A stretch of DNA of 64,000 nucleotides from Azolla caroliniana (Eukaryota; Plantae; Polypodiophyta), in assembly GCA_043228905.1 (NCBI GenBank), contig JBHGNT010000001.1, positions 18,910,001-18,974,000 on the forward strand, read 5' to 3'. A model generated the notes under the pieces. That model was given only the letters and a program-made list of their open reading frames with translations. It ran no database searches and was not told where the DNA came from. Position 1 is the stretch's first letter. Each line of letters opens with the position of its first letter. Of this stretch, positions 53,238 through 61,063 are shown piece by piece. Both the position numbers and the translations under genes were made by a program.

Positions 53238-56081
53238 CACTGTTACGCGCTCTCTAATCTAGCATCAACAAGAATGACAAGTACAACTCTAAGTTTGCCC
53301 TAAGTCATATTTATAGTAATATGACTTTTCGGCTATTTACAAATATAGCCCCGATGGACTCTCAGAGACATATTTACGAATATGTCCCTTCATCCGGTGA
53401 GCACTCCTCAGCGGGCCTGCATCATCCGGCGCTTGCCGGGCCCTCATCATCCGGTTCTCACCGGGTCTTCCGTTTCCGGGTACTCCTTCATCTGGCGCTT
53501 GCCGGGCACTCATCATCCGGTTCTCACTGGGTCTTCCATAGTCGGGTACTCGTCATCCAGTTCTCACCAGGTCATCCGTAGCTGGGTACTCGTCATCCGG
53601 TTCTCACCGGGTCATCCCATCCGGAGGGACCTGTTTCCTAACAAACTTCCCCTTCACTCCGGCATGGGATGTCTTACTAGTCCGATCCGCTTCCAGCATG
53701 CTTCCAACTTGTCAGGTATCAGTACTTTGGTCAACATATCTGACCCGTTCTCGGTCATGTGGATCTTCGTCAGCGCGAACTCCTGGTCCAGTGATACCTT
53801 CGCTGGATATGCTTCGTCCGAGAATGGTAGGCCGCATTCTTAGCAAGGTGGATGGCACTTTGACTGTTGCAATAGAGCCGGTATTCATCTTGCCGAATAC
53901 CGAGCTCTCCGATGAAGTCCTTCATCCATAATATTTCCTTGCTGGCTTCCACAGCCGCCATGTACTCCGCCTCCGTGGTTGACAACGCAACCGTCTTCTG
54001 CAGCCTCGATTGCCACGAAACAGCTCCCCCTGCATATGTCATAACATACCCGGATGTAGACTGGCTGGTATCCACATCAGCCGACATGTCTAAATCGGTA
54101 AAACCCTCAAGTTGAGGTTTTCCGGAGCCGAATCAGAGACACATATTCGAAGTGCCCTTCAAGTACCGAAGTATCCATTTGACCGCGTTCCAGTGCTCCT
54201 TGCCGGGATTGCTCATGAACCGGCTCACCACTCCGACTGTGTATCCAATATCCGGTCGAGTACACACCATTGCGTACATTAAGCTCCCGACAACAGAGGC
54301 ATATGGAACCTTCATCATATCCACCTTCTTTGCTTTCGTCTTCGGGCTTTGCTTACGGGATAACCTGTAGTTTGCCGGAAGTGTCGATCCGACTGGTTTC
54401 GCATCTGACATGTTGAACCGCTGAAGCACCTTTGTCACGTACTTCTCTTGTGACAACCACAATTGCTTCATTTACCAGTCCCGGATAATATGCATCCCTA
54501 GCATCTGTCTTGCCGGACCCAAGTCTTTCATTGAGAAGGTCCGGTTGAGAGCCTTCTTCAGCATCCGTATTTTGGCTTGGTCCCGTCTGACGATCAACAT
54601 GTCGTCCATGTACAGAAGGAGTATCAGGAAGTCGCCTCCTTCGAATTTCTTCACAAACACGCAGTGATCGACGTGCGTCTTGTGGTACCCTTGATCGGTC
54701 ATGAAGGAATCGAACTTCCGGTACCATTGCTGGGGGGCCTGCTTCAACCCGTAGAGGCTCTTCTTCAACCGGCAAACCAGGTGCTCCTTTCCTTTCTCCA
54801 CGAATCCTTCCGGTTGCTGCATGTAGATCTCCTCTTCGAGGTCACCGTGAAGGAATGCCATCTTCACGTCCAGCTGCTCTACCTCGAGGTCCATGCTTGC
54901 CGCTATACTCAGCACCGTCCGGATGGAGGTCATCTTTACTATCGGGGCAAATATCTCGTCGAAGTCCACGCCCTTCTTCTGCTGGAACCCCTTCACCACG
55001 ATCCTGGCTTTGTATCTCGGGGGGTTGCCGGCATCTCCCGGTTTCAACTTGTACACCCACTTGTTTCGGAGTGCCCGTTTTCCTTTCGGCAACTCCCCCT
55101 TGACTTTGACCGTGTCCCCGACTTCTCCCGGTTCTGGGGACTACGGTTCCTTTGTCTTCCGTGTTCCGATTCTGTAAGGAGCGCTTTGGAGTCGGAGCTC
55201 GTATCCTTATCTTTCCGACGCGCCTCCTCATCTAGCAAGCTCGACTTTACTCTTGCTAGGGATAACCGTTTACCTTCCGGCCCGGCGTTGCCCAAAGTGA
55301 CAACCAACGTCTCCCAGCTATCCGGGAGGGAACCGAGCAGGAGTAGCACTAGTACCTCGTCGGCGAGAGGTACTTTCAATGATGTTGTCTGGTGTATCAG
55401 CCTCTGGAAGGCATTCATGTGCTCTGCCATGCTGGAGCCATCTTGATACCGAAGTCTTACTAGCTTCCGGAATACCGAAACCTGGTTAATTGCATTTTTG
55501 TTCTAAAACATAATGCCGATCTTCTCCCATAGCTCATGAGCCTTGCTCTCTTCATTGAAGTTGTTGTATAGGCTCATGTCGATGAAGCACCGTATGCACG
55601 CCGTTGTCTTCATGTGCATCACCTCCCATATCGTGGCGTCGATTTTGTCTAGTCTCTTGTCCCCGAACTAAACCAGCAACCAAATATCTTTAACCACGAG
55701 CATGTCCCTCATCTTCGACTTCCACACTAAATAGTTGGAGCCAGTGAGCTTGAACATGTTGCCCAAAGATTCGTCCATCTTCTGTGTCGTTTTGCTCTGA
55801 TACCAGATTGACAGGAACTACACGCTCCGATGAACAACGCTCGGCCACAACCGAGTCTAAAATCAAACACAGAAAACGGATAATAAACGCACGACACAAA
55901 GGAGAGAAGAGTACACAGGATGTTTAACGTGGAAAACCCTGAGAGGGAAAAACCACGAGAGTTCACAGACTCCAAACTATCACTATATCACAATGATTAC
56001 AATCAGTGAGCTCACAGAGGCAACGACCTCGTGCTCACGATCTTCACCACAGGCGGCGGCTACAACAGAGGCAACAACCTC

Positions 56082-56115
<34 letters not shown>

Positions 56116-56328
56116 CACTGTTATGCGCTCTCTAATCTAGCGCCAACAAGAATGACAACTACAACTCTAAGTTTGCCCTAAGTCATATTTATACTAATAT
56201 GAATTTTCGGCTATTTACAAATATAGCCCCGATGGACTCTCAGAGACATATTTAGGAATATGTCCCTTCATCTGGTGAGCACTCCTCACCGGGCCTGCAT
56301 CATCCGGCGCTTGCCGGGCCCTCATCAT
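52925..56328 (-). mobile_element. Ty1/copia element H (Tnt1/Tork-like; PR and INT deleted; 5' LTR truncated)
   Basis: 3' LTR 52925-53643, PPT 53644-53656, RH/RT 53690-55092 (KRALRNKWVYKLK, LLYMDD) joined directly to gag 55100-55780, PBS gctctgatacca 55794-55805, 5' LTR from 55809. Confidence 0.92.
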
Positions 56329-56529
56329 TTTCATCGGTGCTCTCAACGATCAACTCCCTCGATCGGAGCGCTTGACTCGAACATCTTTGTCGGTCAACGA
56401 TTCTTCCGCAACATGAAAATTCTCGTTCTATCGACTTACGAACTTTGGTATGTATATGTGTTCTTGTTTGTATCTTGTGTGTTGTGTGTGGATTGTGTCC
56501 ATATCTTTTAGGTTGATGGGTTTTTTGCT

Positions 56530-56705
56530 CGTATGAGAGTTGGCCTAACAGCTCTAATGATGGTAGAATATTTCCGAGATGTTAACAAGTAAGATGTACT
56601 TCCATTCATTGACAACATTCTTCGTTTCGTCCAAGAGGGATCAAAAGTCTCTGCATTATCGGGTAGAATGCCTTCTATTGTGGGTTATTAGCCACAGTTA
56701 GTACA
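56530..56705 (+). pseudogene. atpB: atpB fragment (NUPT)
   Basis: RMRVGLTAL..EYFRDVNK*DVL.FIDNI.RFVQ.GS.VSAL.GRMPS.VGY. Confidence 0.9.
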
Positions 56706-56869
56706 GACATCAAGAGCTAATTTAACGTTCAAATTTTGTCGACTGATCCGTCCTAATTCACATACATGCTGAAAAAATCTCTTCTACAATTCCTTAAATA
56801 TAGATTCTGAAAATAATATATCTACATCTGTGGCAGAATATAGGGGTTCGTAGAGTTCCACTGTAGCAT

Positions 56870-57108
56870 CGTTACTACATGTTAGCTTCGGTATTTGAAA
56901 TATTCAACGTCGAGATAGTCTTTCTCCATCCTTGGGCTATGAGTTTTAGGGAATCGACGTATTCGCCTTCATTGAAGCAATAATCTTCATACTTATTCTA
57001 ATAGTCGGTTCGGTTCATGCGTGGCGAAAAGGAGCATCAGAACAATCTCAATTACTAAATATTCGTATGGAAAAAGCAGTGACAAGGTTAAACCCCCCGA
57101 GAATTCCC
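56870..57108 (+). pseudogene. ndhC: ndhC 3' fragment and probable ndhK 5' end (NUPT)
   Basis: [34 protein letters not shown]. The ndhK assignment rests on synteny only. Confidence 0.85.
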
Positions 57109-57468
57109 TTAACACGTTCGCGTTCACAAGTGGAAGGATCGCGCATAAATGGAAGGAGAAGGGAAATTTTAGGGGTTTTTCAATGATTTTACAAAACACA
57201 TTGATACCAGTATCATACAAGTTCAAACATACTATGAAAAAGGTTAAAAATCCACTATTTTCGTGATTTAGAAGTAACTAAAAAAAGACGAATTTCAAAA
57301 ACATACATTCTCAATTTATATCACAAACTTTACAACCAATGTTATTTTATAAGAAACGATTTTTGGGAAATCATAAGAATTCAAAACACATGATTTTATA
57401 TTACTCGATTTGTTACAAGCGGAATGTAGTTACACTTAATAGCCAAATATACATTCATGATCACTCCT

Positions 57469-60249
57469 TTACGGAGAATCACTACTATAACTAATATACA
57501 ATGACGATTCCTCCTCATCATCCTCGGATGTACCAATCAGTGCATTATCTTCGTCATAAACCAAATGGTTTGACTCTAGATTATATGTAGCAGATCTCGT
57601 TTGCCTTTGACTCGAGCCACCTTGTAGACCTGGTAATTTTTCTTTTATTATATCTATTGTTGACTTCCTTAATCGTCCGGCTTTTGTAAGTGTGAAGTCG
57701 TACACGATGATATCCACATCAGAGATATCAAGGGTCGAGGTGTTACGAATGTTTCGCTTCCTCTTCCTACCTCCCCTTCTTGTTTGGCATTCAATCATCT
57801 CCAATGTATACTTACCTGTAAAAGCATTTGCACTTCTAGTGTTGTACCAATGAACATTTATAGACTTGATCGTGTTATCTATTTCATGCATTAGCACTTC
57901 TAGAATTTTACCAACCCAAAATTGGTGGCCATGTGAGTTCTCATCAGCCGGCGTTGCAATCAACATCCCCGCGGTGAGCTCTTGCAAATTTCCTTGCCAT
58001 CTAGCTTCGGCTGCTTTGGTCATCCTTGGTCCCACATAAATGTCTCTTTGTTGTGGATGGACCAAGCTGTCATTAATCGCATTTACTAGTCGCTCCGGAC
58101 TTCTATTTACGCGATCATGTTGCAGCGACCATGTGAATGGCGTTTCCAAATTCCAATTATCAACAGATACACAATTGTCTATAATTTCTTTCTGATCACT
58201 ATAAAATACATCCCACCATGACGTGTCTTGTTGTGCGGCATATTTCTTGGCGGCCTCAATATGTTTTCTTTTTTCTTCTAAGGCTTGGAGCCATGACCGT
58301 TTTTGTTCTAATACCAAGTCGCTCTGCAACTGTCCTTTCTTCTCAATTGGCATTTGCTTAGCTCCATGGACAATTGTACTCGGCATACAAAGTAATAACT
58401 GGCAACCACCTTCAGGTTCCCATGTTGTAGAAGATGAATATTGTTTAGCATACAAAAGTGTAGAACCACTTATTCCATTTTTCTTTATCAAAAAAATGTG
58501 ATTGAAACTTATATTATTTAACTGAGCAAGCACTTTAACATTCCCACCACCCCCATCTAATATATATCTCTTAAAGTCATATACCTCCTTCAAGTGTAAC
58601 ACTTTTGGGCGTGGTGTATATGCATCACAAATGACATCAAATAGTTTAGGTAAAGTGAAAGCATCATGCCGAGACAACTGTCTGGAGAATGTGCTAAACA
58701 TCTGATCTATATGGTCATGTGTGTGGCCAACCAAAAGGAAATTGACTTTCACTTTCCTAAACAATTCTAGGTTGACCAACATACTTAGATAGCCAAATAC
58801 AGTTGAATTTTTGTTCTCTCTAGCAGTATTGTCCAATTGAATGTATAGAACAGGGGGGAAAGGTTGTCCCCAAGACATCAAAACTCGGTGAATCACTGTA
58901 ACTGTTAGGTTAGGGTCATTGTGAACATTGGGGTAAGTAATGAAGACGTGAGGTCGAACAGACCTATTATAAGCCAAGCATCCCACCAAGTGCATTTGAA
59001 CAAGGCACTCATCATTGACATCTTTGGGGAGCCTCCGCATATGCGGCAAGCATGTCTTCTTCTGGTCCATGCCATCTATCATTAAGCACATGTATTGTTC
59101 AGGCCTCTTCAAACACTTCTCTCTATGATGCATCGCCTTCCTTCGTTCTAAGGATTGTGCCTCACGATGCTCTTGTAGTAACTTCTTACTCGTATCCTTT
59201 TCCATTGATGTCTTTGCACCTTTAGCCAAACTTTTAAGATTTGCACAAATGGAGCAATAACCCATACGTACTTTACGAGGAATAATAACATTTGAAAACC
59301 GAGCTCTCCATAATCTTGTGAATTGGCTATAGGTGATAGACTTATTACGTGAGCCCAACATTTCAGATCGATAGACATCATAAACTTCCCGACGGGTATA
59401 ATTATCAGAAAGATGCATCCTACCTATAGTGGGCATTACTTCACAATTTAACTGAAAGTAAGTTTTCATCCAGCCAATAGCTAGTCTTCCAATTGCACCT
59501 TTCATACTTGGAACCTCTTTACAATTGAGCATCTGATCCCCGCTAAGTAGACGTTGTTGTACTCTATGTAGCCGCATGTTACTAACACATAACACAATTT
59601 TGAATGCAACTCTACATATCTGTTGCGCATGGAAGATATAATACTCGAATGATACTTTGATCCCCGTACATTTGTCAGATACTAGTTGCATATGTGATCC
59701 GAGGTAAGTGTCTTGCTCATCACTGGTCATCGAAAAATAGTATCGCCTTCATTCTCGCAACTTTGATTTTCCAATCATAGACATACAACCACGGGCACAA
59801 CATATTTTGTTGACATCAAATCCAATCTGTTTATCTGATGTCACCAAGCTAAATCTAGCCAGACGAATTCTTCGTGGGATTCTTCTAATATGCATAGGGC
59901 TCCCAGATTTCTCTTCCTGCATAGAGGTTGGTGTAACCTTGTTACAGTCTAATTCTCTGTTCTGACCATCGCCAATGTTATTCAATGTTTCCTGGGCACT
60001 TCCTTCATTCCCGGTATCTTTATTAATATCGTATTCTTCAATAGAGAACTCTTCACATGTGTCATTATTTGCATTCCTTGTAGATGAGCTCAGACAATAT
60101 TCTTCGATAGAATATGGTGAGTCGGTCGAAAGACAATATTCTTCAATCGAATATGGTGACTCTGTTGATAAACAATACTCTTCAGTAGAAAACGATGGGT
60201 CTGATGACAAACAATATTCTTCAATCGAGAACGGTGAATCTTCACTCAT
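57469..60249 (-). pseudogene. ~926-aa DDD/E RNase-H-fold transposase-like protein (Sola-like/DUF7869-type) with one in-frame TGA at 59749-59751
   Basis: ORFs 59749-60249 and 57469-59730 share a frame (LRE*RRYYFSMTS). Motifs CSIC..H, MIDGMDQ, LYIQLDNTARENKN, FLLVGHTHDHIDQMFS. Confidence 0.8.
60085..60243 (-). repeat. 4 x 39-bp coding repeat (SIEEYCLSTDSPY-like)
   Basis: Seen in the translation and as repeated acaata(t/c)tcttc in the DNA; a degenerate fifth unit follows. Confidence 0.9.
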
Positions 60250-60922
60250 GGCTTAAGGTCTAGATAGGGCTCTCTAAGTTATACTCCTCTCTAACCATAT
60301 ACTCCTCCCTAAACATAAACTTCTCTCTAAACAAAAGCCAAATCAATAGAATGTCTATATTATGTAATATTCTATTAAAATACAATACATCTAAAAATTA
60401 TTTTTAATAAAGTAATTTAACTTAAATTATCAATCATTATATAAACTAGATCTAAATGATGTTAAATCAAGTAAAATATAAAACTAATCATTAACAAGCC
60501 TTGAATATGTTGGATTAATGTTAAAATCATTGGCTAATTAATGACACCCATTTTGATATAGAACGTCTCACTCATTGATTCTTTAATGCTCACCATTTTA
60601 AATATTAGACTTATCAATCATTGGTTAATTCATGCCCACATCTTTAATACATAACTATTGAGAGTCATAAAATTTTTTGCTTTTAGTAATCAATCATTGG
60701 TACATTCATGAACCTCTATCATTGTCTCCTTCATAACCTTTGAAGTGATTGTAGGTTGTTATGAGTATAAAAGATTGATCAATATGTTAGTTTGACTTTG
60801 TAATCATTAATACAATCATAAGTTACTATAGTTAATGTGACTATGGTTACAAACTAACTATCCTCAAAGTTACCAACATTGGTTAAGATGACTATGGTTA
60901 CTTTAACCATGGGTTCAATCCC

Positions 60923-60930
60923 TATAAATA
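60923..60930 (+). promoter_or_regulatory. Candidate TATA box of the ParB-like gene
   Basis: cctataaata, ~140 bp upstream of the ATG at 61064. Confidence 0.55.
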
Positions 60931-60956
60931 GGAAGACCTCATCATATTTCACTCAC

Positions 60957-61010
60957 CAGAGCGTACAGAGCGTACAGAGCACTCAGAGCACACAGAGCAC
61001 ACAGAGCACT
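60957..61010 (+). repeat. 6 x 9-bp tandem repeat CAGAGC(GTA/ACT/ACA) in the putative 5' UTR
   Basis: Direct reading of the sequence. Confidence 0.9.
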
Positions 61011-61063
61011 CAAGGCACAAAGCACGAAAGCGCGATCTCCGCCTCCACACAACACGATCAACC

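Noticed and set aside
53390-53625. Tandem ~30-bp tcatccggttctcaccgggt repeats
   Set aside because: Internal U3 repeats of the copia H LTR; common in LTRs.
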